Positions 18,589 to 28,133 of a DNA stretch of 64,000 nucleotides are shown in pieces. The DNA comes from Candidatus Omnitrophota bacterium (GTDB taxonomy: Bacteria > Omnitrophota > Gorgyraeia > Gygaellales > Profunditerraquicolaceae), in the NCBI GenBank assembly GCA_016208765.1, contig JACQXK010000071.1:22429-86428 (forward strand), given 5' to 3'. The stretch's first letter is position 1. Each line of letters begins with the position of its first letter. A model generated the notes under the pieces. The model searched no databases. It was not told where the DNA came from and saw only the letters and a list, made by a program, of their open reading frames with translations. The translations under genes and the position numbers were made by a program.

Positions 18589-21500
18589 TTAAACTCCGAC
18601 CTCAATTTTAGTTAAATCATCAAGATAAATCAAAATTCCCTTTACTTCTGACTTAGGATAAATTTCCTTGATAATGCCGACATACTCTTTTACCTGTTTC
18701 TGATAGGTATCATCCGCAACTTTTGCGCTCTTATAATCAATAATGACCACCTCATCTTTTTTTACGATCAGCCGGTCTATTCTTTTTGTCTGGCCTTGCC
18801 GGGAAACAATCTCTTTTTCCTGATAAACTTCTGCATCTTTAAGGTAAAAATATTCCGAAAAGGCTTTATCTTTCAATAAACTACGTGCAGTTTTTTCGCA
18901 AGCGGAAAAATCAGTAAAATGAGGGAATCTTTTCCTTGCCTGTTTGAAAGCATTATTAATCACCAAGTCCTCATCCTGATTATGAAGATTCCCGATATTT
19001 GACAACACAAAATGCAAGACATCCCCTTTTAATATCTTCTCTCTTTGCACAAGGACAGTTTCATCAATAAACTCATCATGCAGAAAATGTATCCAGTCCT
19101 TATAAGCGCAAACCGGTATTTCAAAATTAGACAGATCTTTAAGCTTGCCTTTTTTGATAGAACTTAACTTTTCTCCTATCTCAAAATCGTTTTGCTCAAA
19201 GATCAAACTTGCAAAATTCAGTTTATTCCCTATCCGGGGAGAAACATAAATATATAACTCATCACGAGAGCGGGTAAGAGCCACATAAACACTGTTTAAT
19301 TCATCAATAAAAGACTTTAGGTATTCTTTTCTTATAATTTCCCTGAGGCCATCAGAAAAATCCCCGAATCTCTGTTTAACATAAAGCAGTTTTAGCTCGC
19401 CGTCATCAGAATCCACTATATCCGAATCAAGCTTAATATCCATTTCAAGAAAAGGTATTACCACCGCAGAAAACTCAAGGCCCTTTGATTTATGGATTGT
19501 CATCACCCTTACTGATTCTTCACTGGTGACATTAACAAACAAGTCTTCGTCTCTGGCATTATCAAAAAACCCAAGAAAATCAGAAACACCCGGATTTTCC
19601 TCCTCCTGTTCCTTGATTAATTCCAGAAAACGCATAAAAAACCCCTGATAAGAGGGAAAATTACCAAGAATTGAAAACTTACCGTAAATAGTAACCACAA
19701 ATTCATAAAGAGGGACAAACCCCGCTTTGCGAAAGAAATCTTTAAAAAGGTTATCCCAGGCTTCAGGAAATTCCTTCTGAAATTTACGGTAAAGATAACT
19801 CTTATCTTCTGCGTCATGATTGAGCTCAAAGATAAAGTCTCGGATTTTATCCTGCGATATTCCTGAAGCACGGCAAAAAATATCCCCCATAATAAAAGAG
19901 GCAAACGAAAGATCGTCAATCGGAGAATTAAGAAACTTTAAAAAAGACACCAGCTCTTTGATGTAAGAATTCTCGCGGATATTAAGCGTCTTTTCAGATT
20001 CAACTGGGATATTTTTCTCCAGAAGCCAGGACGTTACTAATTGCACATCATCATTGGTGCGAGTTAAAATGCCGATATCTTTAGCAGGAAATCTTTCTCT
20101 TAAATCCTGGATCTGGAAAAGCAGCTTCTCTTTAAGCGCGCCATTTCTCTCGTCTTCATTCTTATAATTAAGAAATTCAGACTTAATGTAGCCGCCGGAT
20201 TTATGAATAACAACCTCTTGTTTAGCGCCCTTAAAAATACGCATTATTTCTTCTGCACAAGATTCGGATAATTCTTTTTTAATTTCTTCTTTACTTAAAA
20301 AACGCGATAAATTCTCCTCTGAAAACACTGCATTGTTAAATTCAACAATATTTCCTGCACTGCGGAAGTTTTTTTGCAAAACATCGCTAATTATTAGATA
20401 CCCTTTAAACTGCTCTTTTACAGTATCAATTAAAGAGACCTCTCCTCCTCTAAACCGGTAAATAGCCTGTTTCTTGTCACCGACATAAAAAAGCGATCCT
20501 GCTCCGGCAAGCGCCTCATCAACCATCGTCTTCAGATTCTCCCATTGCAACAGGCTCGTATCCTGAAATTCATCCAGCAAGAAATGCCTGAAGCGCGTGG
20601 CAAGGCGAAGATAAAGCTCAGGAAGTTCCAGCGATTTCTCATCAAATAAAATACGCGCCTTTTTATTTAATTCCTCCAGGAATAAAACATCGTCCTTAGA
20701 AGACTTTATCTTTAAATCATCAAGCACGCGGTTAAAGATATCAATATAATAATTAAATTTAAACAAAGCCTCCAATTCACAAAGCTGTTTTAATCCTGTT
20801 CTTATCCGGTTCCAAAGCAATTCAATTTCCTCAGAAAGGCTATATCCTTTATTCAAAGGAAATGACTCCCGGTTAAAATAATTAGACAGCTTTGTGATAT
20901 CAAATTTTTCTTTGTCTTCATTTGGAAAATCCGACAGGTAACCAGCAAACCTCTTATCTGCGCCTTCCGGAACATTTTGGCTAAGTCTTACAATTAATTC
21001 AATTACCTCGTTTCTTCGCATGATAAAATCTTTGATTTCAATGTTGCTGCGGATAAATTTACCGTGGTATTTATTGCTGCGGGAATATAAGCCGGCAATA
21101 ATAGTAGCAATGTCTTTCTTGGGAAACCAGCCTTCTTTATTTTCAATATAAAGATATTGTTTCAAAAACCCCCGGAATAATTCCAAGGCATCTTTATCAG
21201 AACCTGCTTTATCAATCAATTTATCAAGGCTGTACTCCAGATATTCCTTATACTCGGTTTGCGTCTTAAAGCCGGCGGATAAATCAAGTTTAAAGGCGCA
21301 TCCGGATAATATGGCATTAATAAAACTATCAATAGTCTGAACCTGAAAAAACTGATAGTTAGACAAGAGTGTATCCATGATCCGGAAAGCTTTTTTGCAC
21401 GCGGCATCCTCGGGCACGCCCAGGAATTCAATTACTTCATTTTTCTCTTCAAGGCTTTTAAATTTATCAAGGGCGATTTTTTTTAAGAAATCAAGGATCC

Positions 21501-21699
21501 TCTCCTTCATTTCAAGGGCGGCTTTATTGGTAAAGGTAATGGCAAGGATTGTCTCAAGGGGGATTTCCTGCGCAGCTAAAGAAGGATTAATTAAAAGCTT
21601 GATATACCTTTTAGCTAAGGCATACGTCTTTCCGCTTCCTGCAGATGCCTCGGTGACATAAATACAAGGGAGAGTTTCTTTTGATGCTTTTTGAACCAT
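18589..21699 (-). CDS. addA: AddA/RexA-like UvrD-family helicase with C-terminal RecB-type nuclease
   Basis: Walker A ASAGSGKTYALAKRY, motif Ia ITFTNKAALEMKERI, C-terminal nuclease motifs (GDVLHFVLS … IIDYKSAK). Confidence 0.8.
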   Translation of the reverse strand: MVQKASKETLPCIYVTEASAGSGKTYALAKRYIKLLINPSLAAQEIPLETILAITFTNKAALEMKERILDFLKKIALDKFKSLEEKNEVIEFLGVPEDAACKKAFRIMDTLLSNYQFFQVQTIDSFINAILSGCAFKLDLSAGFKTQTEYKEYLEYSLDKLIDKAGSDKDALELFRGFLKQYLYIENKEGWFPKKDIATIIAGLYSRSNKYHGKFIRSNIEIKDFIMRRNEVIELIVRLSQNVPEGADKRFAGYLSDFPNEDKEKFDITKLSNYFNRESFPLNKGYSLSEEIELLWNRIRTGLKQLCELEALFKFNYYIDIFNRVLDDLKIKSSKDDVLFLEELNKKARILFDEKSLELPELYLRLATRFRHFLLDEFQDTSLLQWENLKTMVDEALAGAGSLFYVGDKKQAIYRFRGGEVSLIDTVKEQFKGYLIISDVLQKNFRSAGNIVEFNNAVFSEENLSRFLSKEEIKKELSESCAEEIMRIFKGAKQEVVIHKSGGYIKSEFLNYKNEDERNGALKEKLLFQIQDLRERFPAKDIGILTRTNDDVQLVTSWLLEKNIPVESEKTLNIRENSYIKELVSFLKFLNSPIDDLSFASFIMGDIFCRASGISQDKIRDFIFELNHDAEDKSYLYRKFQKEFPEAWDNLFKDFFRKAGFVPLYEFVVTIYGKFSILGNFPSYQGFFMRFLELIKEQEEENPGVSDFLGFFDNARDEDLFVNVTSEESVRVMTIHKSKGLEFSAVVIPFLEMDIKLDSDIVDSDDGELKLLYVKQRFGDFSDGLREIIRKEYLKSFIDELNSVYVALTRSRDELYIYVSPRIGNKLNFASLIFEQNDFEIGEKLSSIKKGKLKDLSNFEIPVCAYKDWIHFLHDEFIDETVLVQREKILKGDVLHFVLSNIGNLHNQDEDLVINNAFKQARKRFPHFTDFSACEKTARSLLKDKAFSEYFYLKDAEVYQEKEIVSRQGQTKRIDRLIVKKDEVVIIDYKSAKVADDTYQKQVKEYVGIIKEIYPKSEVKGILIYLDDLTKIEVGV

Positions 21700-21916
21700 G
21701 ATAGAAAACCTATAAAATTACAAACAATCTATCTAAACTAATTAGATGTCCCGCTAAAAACAATAAAATAAATTGTTACAACGATTACGATTAACGCCGC
21801 CACAATATGATAAAAATATTTATGCTTAAGGATCTTGTCTAACATATACACGCTTCCTTTCTGCTTTAAACAACGGCATAAACCAAGGCCAAAGATTAAA
21901 CAATCGCTGAACTGTG

Positions 21917-23128
21917 TTATAAATACACAATATCTTCCGCATGATACAACGAAAGAAACAAAAGCATATAATCGCGCAGGTGCCGCGTAATCAAAAAGTT
22001 ATTTCTTATGTGCTCTCTGCCATTTTCTCCCAGTTTCTTTGCATATTCAGGGCTAGTTAGAAGCTGCTTGATTGCAAAGCTTGCCCCTTCAACAGAATGA
22101 CAAAGCAATCCTGAATATTTATGTTTTATCTGTAACGGTATTCCTCCAACATTTGAAGCCACAACCGGCTTTGCCTTCCATAAAGCTTCTGCCACCGTCA
22201 AGCCAAAACCTTCCTTAAGAGACTTTTGCACAACCACATCTGAGGCCCTTTGCAACGCATTCACCGCTATATCATCATGAGGCAATAAAAGAATATGAAT
22301 ATCCGGATCATTATTTGCACTTTCTTTAACCTCAGACAACACTTTAAACCCCTCAGGGTCATCTTCTGCAGTTCCGCCTGCCAATATTAATTGACAGTTA
22401 ATATATCTTTTTACCTGCTTATACGCTTCAACCACCCCCACAGGATCCTTTAAACGGTCAAAGCGCGATATCTGGGTAATAATCGGCTTGTCCTTTTTGA
22501 TATTATTCTTTCGCAAAACAGAATCTATCATTTCCTGCGGCAATTCCTTGTTCTTATCGCTTAAAGGGTCAATGGAGGGAGGGATCAAAAACTGCCTGAT
22601 TGGCAGCTTCCTTGAAAAACTTGGAGCAGAAAATACCGCGGAATCATATTTAATTATAAAATCCAAAAGAAAATCCCAGACTTTTTCATTGGGATTAGAA
22701 ACATCAATATGGCACCGCCAGAGCCATTTGTTATTGCTTCTTTTCTTCACCAATGCTATTGGCTGCGGGTCATGGATAAAAACTATGTCCCCATAGGTAT
22801 CAAGGTTTTTAATATTTTCTTCACTTGTCTCTAAAAATATATCAAAATCGTTTTTAGTAACCTCACCGGAACGGCCATGCAGAACATTATGAAATTTCTT
22901 TGTAACATCAAAAAAACTCTCACCGCCTTTTATTACATCCCATTTTGTATCTACGCCCAGGTCCTTTAATAGAGGAACCATACGGTTCAATATTTCAGCA
23001 ACACCCCCTCCCATGGGAGTAGAATTTATATGTTGAATAACCTTGCCTTTTAATCTCTCTCCCAGAAGCCTTAAATCATCAATAACAGACTGGCCGACTA
23101 ACGGGATATAATCTTCTATATTTACCAT
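21917..23128 (-). CDS. treT: GT4 glycosyltransferase, TreT-like trehalose glycosyltransferring synthase
   Basis: Strong resemblance (recalled from memory) to archaeal TreT blocks: INSTPMGGGVAEIL…WLWRCHID…PPSIDPL…KPIITQISRFD…HDDPEG…QRASDVVVQKSLKEGFGLTVAEALWKAKPVV. Confidence 0.7.
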   Translation of the reverse strand: MVNIEDYIPLVGQSVIDDLRLLGERLKGKVIQHINSTPMGGGVAEILNRMVPLLKDLGVDTKWDVIKGGESFFDVTKKFHNVLHGRSGEVTKNDFDIFLETSEENIKNLDTYGDIVFIHDPQPIALVKKRSNNKWLWRCHIDVSNPNEKVWDFLLDFIIKYDSAVFSAPSFSRKLPIRQFLIPPSIDPLSDKNKELPQEMIDSVLRKNNIKKDKPIITQISRFDRLKDPVGVVEAYKQVKRYINCQLILAGGTAEDDPEGFKVLSEVKESANNDPDIHILLLPHDDIAVNALQRASDVVVQKSLKEGFGLTVAEALWKAKPVVASNVGGIPLQIKHKYSGLLCHSVEGASFAIKQLLTSPEYAKKLGENGREHIRNNFLITRHLRDYMLLFLSLYHAEDIVYL

Positions 23129-23800
23129 CTATTCTGATATCCTCTCTTCAATTATTTCTATAATAGTTTCCCTTAAATCTTCTAATGTGCGCGTGTAAGG
23201 GTCAAAGTTGGAGATATTATCCGCCAGTTCCTTATCATGCAAGGAACTTCCTATCCACAATGAAAAGTCATTCGTTGGTTTCTCAAGCCTTAGGCGCGCT
23301 TCAAAGAAATGAAAATAAATTGAATCCATGGTTATTTTCTTAAGCACATTCACGAACTCACTTAAGTCATAAGCAACATACGATGTCGGCAAGACAAAAC
23401 TAACTGATTTAATAAAATAGAATTCTTCTCCTAAGCGGGCAAACTTGAGCTTTGCAAAAGCGCTTTCATCAAGATATTTTTCAATGGTTTGAGCAATTTT
23501 CTCACGTAAACTGCGTATCGTAGAAAACTGCATAGTATCAATACTCGCCAGCTTTTCCCCAAGTTCATCTTCTCCGAGCACGTCAGTAACCCAATAAGCA
23601 AAATCATTTGGCGGCTCAGGGGAAAGAAATTGATGCTGCTGCAGGAACCTGTGGGTATGATGATAAATACATGAACCGGGAACTTCTTTGATAAGCGCCA
23701 AAAACTGCCCCAAAGTGCTGGCCCTTAGCCCGGTCAACTCAGACAAGTGCAGCCTTGTGCAAAATCTAAACGGTTCGCTTGCTCTCTTAATAGTTGGCAT
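23129..23800 (-). CDS. conserved hypothetical protein embedded in trehalose cluster
   Basis: 223 aa soluble ORF abutting treT start and 7 nt from otsB stop; no recognisable motif. Confidence 0.4.
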   Translation of the reverse strand: MPTIKRASEPFRFCTRLHLSELTGLRASTLGQFLALIKEVPGSCIYHHTHRFLQQHQFLSPEPPNDFAYWVTDVLGEDELGEKLASIDTMQFSTIRSLREKIAQTIEKYLDESAFAKLKFARLGEEFYFIKSVSFVLPTSYVAYDLSEFVNVLKKITMDSIYFHFFEARLRLEKPTNDFSLWIGSSLHDKELADNISNFDPYTRTLEDLRETIIEIIEERISE

Positions 23801-23806
23801 ACTGCG

Positions 23807-24601
23807 TTACCCCTGTTGCAGTAAAATTTTCTTAAGCAGAATCGGAACTTCCCTGCTATTTAAAAGATAATAATCGGCAAAAGAGCGTTTCTTCCTGCCA
23901 ATTGCTATCGTGATGCCCTTATTTTTCAGCGCCCGGAACGCGTCTTCGTCAGTAAGGTCATCCCCTATATAAACAGGAACAACCGGTTTTCCTTTTAAAC
24001 TAAATACTTGCCTGGCCAAAAGCCATAAAACAACTTTTCCTTTATCCCAATCTACATTCGGCCTGATTTCTAAAACCTTTTTACCCGGGCTGACCTTTAT
24101 CTGCCCCTTTACATTATAAGTTATAGTTGCTTCATGAAAAATAGTTTTTATTTTTGAAACGAGTTCTTTATGAATCATCCTAAAATGCAGGCTCAATGAC
24201 AAGCCTTTGTCTTCTATCAAAACTCCCTTAAATTTAGAGAGCCTTTCTTCTAAATCACTTTTTATTTTTAATAGGAGCTTCCGATATTGCCCGGCAACCG
24301 AAAAAATGTATTTAATCTTCGGGCCCTCAATTTCTAAACCGTGATTTCCTGCGTAAATTATATTTTTGATCCCGACTCTTTTTTTTATATCCTTGAGGCT
24401 TCTTCCACTTATAACAGCTATTTTAAAATCTTTCTTTAGGGCAAGCCTGTCCAACAATTCTTTTGTCTTTTTAGCAAGCCTTGCCTTTGACGGAAGGGCA
24501 ACTATTTCAGCTAACGTACCATCAAAATCCAAAAATAAAAATATCGGCACGGACTTTATCTTTTTCAGCAACAAGCTATGTTTACTAAACACATACTCCA
24601 T
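23807..24601 (-). CDS. otsB: trehalose-6-phosphate phosphatase (HAD superfamily)
   Basis: HAD motif I FLDFDGTLA, T6PP-like cap; probable start MEYVFSK (24601) just after otsA stop. Confidence 0.8.
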   Translation of the reverse strand: MEYVFSKHSLLLKKIKSVPIFLFLDFDGTLAEIVALPSKARLAKKTKELLDRLALKKDFKIAVISGRSLKDIKKRVGIKNIIYAGNHGLEIEGPKIKYIFSVAGQYRKLLLKIKSDLEERLSKFKGVLIEDKGLSLSLHFRMIHKELVSKIKTIFHEATITYNVKGQIKVSPGKKVLEIRPNVDWDKGKVVLWLLARQVFSLKGKPVVPVYIGDDLTDEDAFRALKNKGITIAIGRKKRSFADYYLLNSREVPILLKKILLQQG

Positions 24602-24606
24602 TAACC

Positions 24607-26847
24607 CTACCCTGCTTCTTTCTTTAATGCAGACAGCTCTGTTATGATCTTCCCCGCCCAACGGTAGACATTATTTTCCTTAACGATATTTCTCATGTTC
24701 TCCATCCGCTTTCTTTTTTCTTCAACCGGCATTTCAATGGCGAATTTTATCGCATCTGAAAATTCTTCAATAGAATACGGGTTTATTTGTATTGCATCCG
24801 TTAACTCCCGAGATGCCCCTGTAAAACGGCTTAATATCAGAGTGCCGCTTAAATCGTTCTTTGATGAAACATATTCCTTTGCAACCAGGTTCATCCCGTC
24901 GTGCAAAGAGCTCACAATACACAGGTCAGCCAAGGAATAATAAGGTACGATTTCCTCCGGGGAAAAGTGGCGTTTTAAATAAACGATCGGGTTCCAGACC
25001 CCGTCAGAATACTTCCAGTTTTTCTTTTCCACTAATTCATCAATCTCTGCAATAAGTTCATGATAACGCTTAATATGCGTCCTGCTGGGAGCTGCCAATT
25101 GGACAAAAACAAATTTATTTCTATACTGGGGGTACTTCTCAAGAAACCTGTCTATTGCCATTATCCTCTCAATAATACCCTTGGTATAATCAATTCTATC
25201 AACTCCCAAAGCAACTACTTTATCTTCCAAATTGTATTCTTTGCGGATTTTTTTTATCTGTTCAGGATCAATCTTAAGAATATTCCCTCCGATATAGCCA
25301 TCAACGCTGATTGGGAAAGCCCTGACAAACGTCTCTTTATTTGCCCTGACAATACTGAATTTTTCAGTATCAACACGGCACTCAACCAGGCGATTGGCAG
25401 TATCAAGAAAATTATTGCAATGAAACTGAAGATGAAAACCGATTAAATCACAAGCCAGCATTCCTTCAAGGATCTCATGCTGGTAAGGGCAAATCGCAAA
25501 AACCTCAGGGTTAGGCCAGGGAATATGCCAAAATATGGCAACTATTGCATCAGGCCTTTTTTCCTTAATCATTTTTGCAAGAAGAGTAAAATGGTAATCC
25601 TGGATAAAAACAAAAGGGTTTTTTGCCGGCAGTTCTTCCAGAATGCTATCCGCAAATTTCTGGTTTACTTTTTTATACATCTGCCAGTCTGTTTCCCTGA
25701 AAATTGGGCGCGTATGAGTAACGTGGCAAAGAGGCCATAAGCCCTCGTTTGAAAAGCCGTAGTAATACCCATCCTCTTCTTCTTTTGTAAGCCATACTCT
25801 TTTAAGGATATAGCGGTCTTCACCCGGAGGCACACCCAATTTGTTCTTTGAATTTACAAATTGCCTGTCGGCATTTGCGCTCCCGTGGGCAACCCAAGTA
25901 CCGCCGCATGCCCGTAAAATCGGGTCTATTGCCGTAACTACTCCGCTTGCAGGGCGCACGCATTTTGGAACACCTGTATTTTCATCTATTATATGAAGAT
26001 ACGGCTCTCTGTTAGAAACAACAAAAAACGCGTTCTCCCCCAATTTTGCATGGATTAAATCACGGAGCTTCGCCTCAGTCCAAACCTCTTCTTTTTGTAT
26101 TCTAACATGCGCCTCATCTGAAACTGCTTTACGGGCCACCCTAAGCCCCAAAGCGACCTGCTCAACTTCACTAATAAGCTTCCCAAATTCTCCTTCTTCC
26201 TTAAACGGCCTCAGCTTATCCGTCTCGCCCCGCTGAAAATGGCTGAACCATTGCGTTAACCTGCGTACCGGTAAAATAAATATCTGACGCTGAATCAAAA
26301 AAGCAATTATCGTAATTAACAAAATTAAAATAATTAACGTTACACTGATCTTCTTCCATAACTCGGTTAAAGTATTAAACATATAGGAGGTATCATAAAG
26401 GACCTCCACTAACCCTAAAACATTGTTATCATCATCCAAGACTGGCTGCACATAACTATAAACAGTATATTCCCTGAAACTTTCAAGCTCTCCGCGGGGA
26501 TTCTTATTTATAAGCATGTCCTTAATATACGGCTTGTCTTTCTGGCTCCAGTCAGAGAAACGCTCTGTGATTGCCAAAATCTGCCCGTCTTTGTCATAGA
26601 TTGCACAACCCTGGAGCCTTTCTTTTCTTTGAAAGATCTCCACCAAACGATTGGCTGATTTTAGATCATTATTAACAAGGATGTATCGCGCAGACAACTC
26701 AAGGCTCTCATTAACTGTCTTGGCCTTTCTTTTTAGATCATCCATTAATTTATCCTGCGTAAAACGCACCTGGACAATACCGGATACCGTAAAAACTACC
26801 GAAATAATAATTAAAATCGGTAAAATAAATAAAAGGACTCTTTTCAT
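24607..26847 (-). CDS. otsA: trehalose-6-phosphate synthase (GT20, OtsA) fused to N-terminal TM sensor domain + HAMP-like linker
   Basis: C-terminal ~470 aa carry OtsA blocks (YYYGFSNEGLWPLCH, IQDYHF, GT-B fold); N-terminal ~280 aa = TM1, ~150-aa extracytoplasmic Cache-like domain, TM2, amphipathic HAMP-like segment. Confidence 0.8.
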   Translation of the reverse strand: MKRVLLFILPILIIISVVFTVSGIVQVRFTQDKLMDDLKRKAKTVNESLELSARYILVNNDLKSANRLVEIFQRKERLQGCAIYDKDGQILAITERFSDWSQKDKPYIKDMLINKNPRGELESFREYTVYSYVQPVLDDDNNVLGLVEVLYDTSYMFNTLTELWKKISVTLIILILLITIIAFLIQRQIFILPVRRLTQWFSHFQRGETDKLRPFKEEGEFGKLISEVEQVALGLRVARKAVSDEAHVRIQKEEVWTEAKLRDLIHAKLGENAFFVVSNREPYLHIIDENTGVPKCVRPASGVVTAIDPILRACGGTWVAHGSANADRQFVNSKNKLGVPPGEDRYILKRVWLTKEEEDGYYYGFSNEGLWPLCHVTHTRPIFRETDWQMYKKVNQKFADSILEELPAKNPFVFIQDYHFTLLAKMIKEKRPDAIVAIFWHIPWPNPEVFAICPYQHEILEGMLACDLIGFHLQFHCNNFLDTANRLVECRVDTEKFSIVRANKETFVRAFPISVDGYIGGNILKIDPEQIKKIRKEYNLEDKVVALGVDRIDYTKGIIERIMAIDRFLEKYPQYRNKFVFVQLAAPSRTHIKRYHELIAEIDELVEKKNWKYSDGVWNPIVYLKRHFSPEEIVPYYSLADLCIVSSLHDGMNLVAKEYVSSKNDLSGTLILSRFTGASRELTDAIQINPYSIEEFSDAIKFAIEMPVEEKRKRMENMRNIVKENNVYRWAGKIITELSALKKEAG

Positions 26848-26892
26848 TCTCTTTGCCTCCCTTATGCCATCTTAAAACCAAAAACCGCCAAC

Positions 26893-26930
26893 TAAATATT
26901 TAGATTGGCGGCCCGACCATCAATGTTCCC
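26893..26930 (-). terminator. rho-independent terminator (minus strand)
   Basis: Hairpin ccgccaa…ttggcgg followed by T-run on minus strand, downstream of gene 26999-27682. Confidence 0.5.
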
Positions 26931-26998
26931 TCTAGAAATGTCTTTTCATTTCCAGACCACTTATTATGCATAATTATCTTATTTCATTTTAGCGCATT

Positions 26999-27682
26999 TT
27001 ACTGATATTGCAATACCTTAATCGTCTCACCTTTTAAAATCTTCGGCAAGGGCTGCGCGTCAATGCGCAGGCCGCCATCATGCTCAATTTTAATGGTATA
27101 AAGCATTCCGGGAATAAACTTTGTTCCCGGAGCCTCTATTTGGGCGTTTTTAATTCCAAGCTTACTGGCTTCTTTAGGTTCCAAAGCATATTGCCAAAAC
27201 TTCTCCCAAAACTTATTTTCAAACCTACTTACAGGCCCTTCAATTTTATATCCAGAAGGAATACTGTTTGCTTTATTAATTTCAAACACCTCTACACTAT
27301 GATCAGAAAGCACAAATGCCTTCATAAAAATATACGCGCTTTTTCCCCTTAAAGAATCTCCCCTTTTTACATACAGATCGTCAAACCTGATTACCATTGA
27401 TTGAAACTGAATAATATTTCCTGAAAAGGTAAAATATTTGGCAGGCAGGGGATTTAATTTTGTATCATATTCCAGAAATTTAATAGTGGTATATGTTTTT
27501 TGTAACTGAGGATCAAACCTTACGTCAGTAACCAAAACCTCGGCAGCCCTTGAATCAGCGCTTAAACGCTCAATAATCTTTAACAAAACCTGTTTTTGGC
27601 GGTAAGAATTAAGAAAATACAGCACAACCAAACAACAGATAAAAGCAGTAATCAATAATTTTATATTAATTTTTGCATTCAT
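26999..27682 (-). CDS. hypothetical N-terminally membrane-anchored protein
   Basis: Probable start MNAKINIKLLITAFICCLVV (ATG 27682); ORF-track N-terminal extension to 27847 runs through a repeat/tRNA-flank and is rejected. Confidence 0.5.
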   Translation of the reverse strand: MNAKINIKLLITAFICCLVVLYFLNSYRQKQVLLKIIERLSADSRAAEVLVTDVRFDPQLQKTYTTIKFLEYDTKLNPLPAKYFTFSGNIIQFQSMVIRFDDLYVKRGDSLRGKSAYIFMKAFVLSDHSVEVFEINKANSIPSGYKIEGPVSRFENKFWEKFWQYALEPKEASKLGIKNAQIEAPGTKFIPGMLYTIKIEHDGGLRIDAQPLPKILKGETIKVLQYQ

Positions 27683-27758
27683 TATAAAATAATTAGGGAC
27701 GTTTCTAATTTCTTGTCTTGTGCCAAGAATAAATAGAAACGCCCCCTCTCTAAAGATA

Positions 27759-27924
27759 CATTGTTTTGCTGCCGTAGTTTTGCTGGATTTATCTAGCGAA
27801 GTTGAAGCAGGCACTTCGCTCGCTACAGCCCTTGTCACATAAGGCACTGGCTAAGTAAAAGCTTTTCCACGAAGGCACCAAAACACATTGTTTTGGTGCC
27901 GTAGTTTTGCTGGATTTATCCAGC
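27759..27924. repeat. 39-nt imperfect direct repeat pair (27759-27797 and 27886-27924) plus two palindromic hairpins downstream of tRNA-Ser
   Basis: cattgttttgCtgccgtagttttgctggatttatcTagc vs cattgttttgGtgccgtagttttgctggatttatcCagc; hairpins ggcaccaaaaca…tgttttggtgcc and gtagttttgctgga…tccagcaaaactac. Confidence 0.6.
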
Positions 27925-27931
27925 AAAACTA

Positions 27932-28020
27932 CGGAGAGGCTGGGATTTGAACCCAGGGACCCAGTTTCCCAGGTCAACTCATTAGCAGTGAGTTGCTTTC
28001 GACCACTCAGCCACCTCTCC
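27932..28020 (-). tRNA. tRNA-Ser(GCU)
   Basis: Minus-strand GGAGAGGTGGCTGAGTGGTCGAAAGCAACTCACTGCTAATGAGTTG + long variable arm + GGTTCAAATCC T-arm; anticodon loop ctGCTaa; no encoded CCA. Confidence 0.85.
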
Positions 28021-28133
28021 GAAAAATTTTTAATGTAAAAATTTTTTGGCACTTGAGAAACGGGTTTCATTAATGAAACCCGCGACGAAAGTGCCTAAAA
28101 TAATTTATGTCAAAATTAATTCTTCTTTCCCGC

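Noticed and set aside
21700-21916. Small ORFs in the 217-nt addA-treT intergenic region
   Set aside because: Only 10-12 codon ORFs with no RBS context; more likely promoter/UTR sequence for addA.
26999-27847. 282-aa version of the membrane-anchored protein (ORF-track start at 27847)
   Set aside because: The N-terminal 55 codons run through the tRNA-Ser-proximal repeat and hairpin region and translate to low-complexity sequence. The internal start MNAKINIK (27682) gives a sensible signal-anchor start.
27789-28070. 93-aa minus-strand ORF
   Set aside because: Completely overlaps the tRNA-Ser(GCU) gene and its flanking hairpins.
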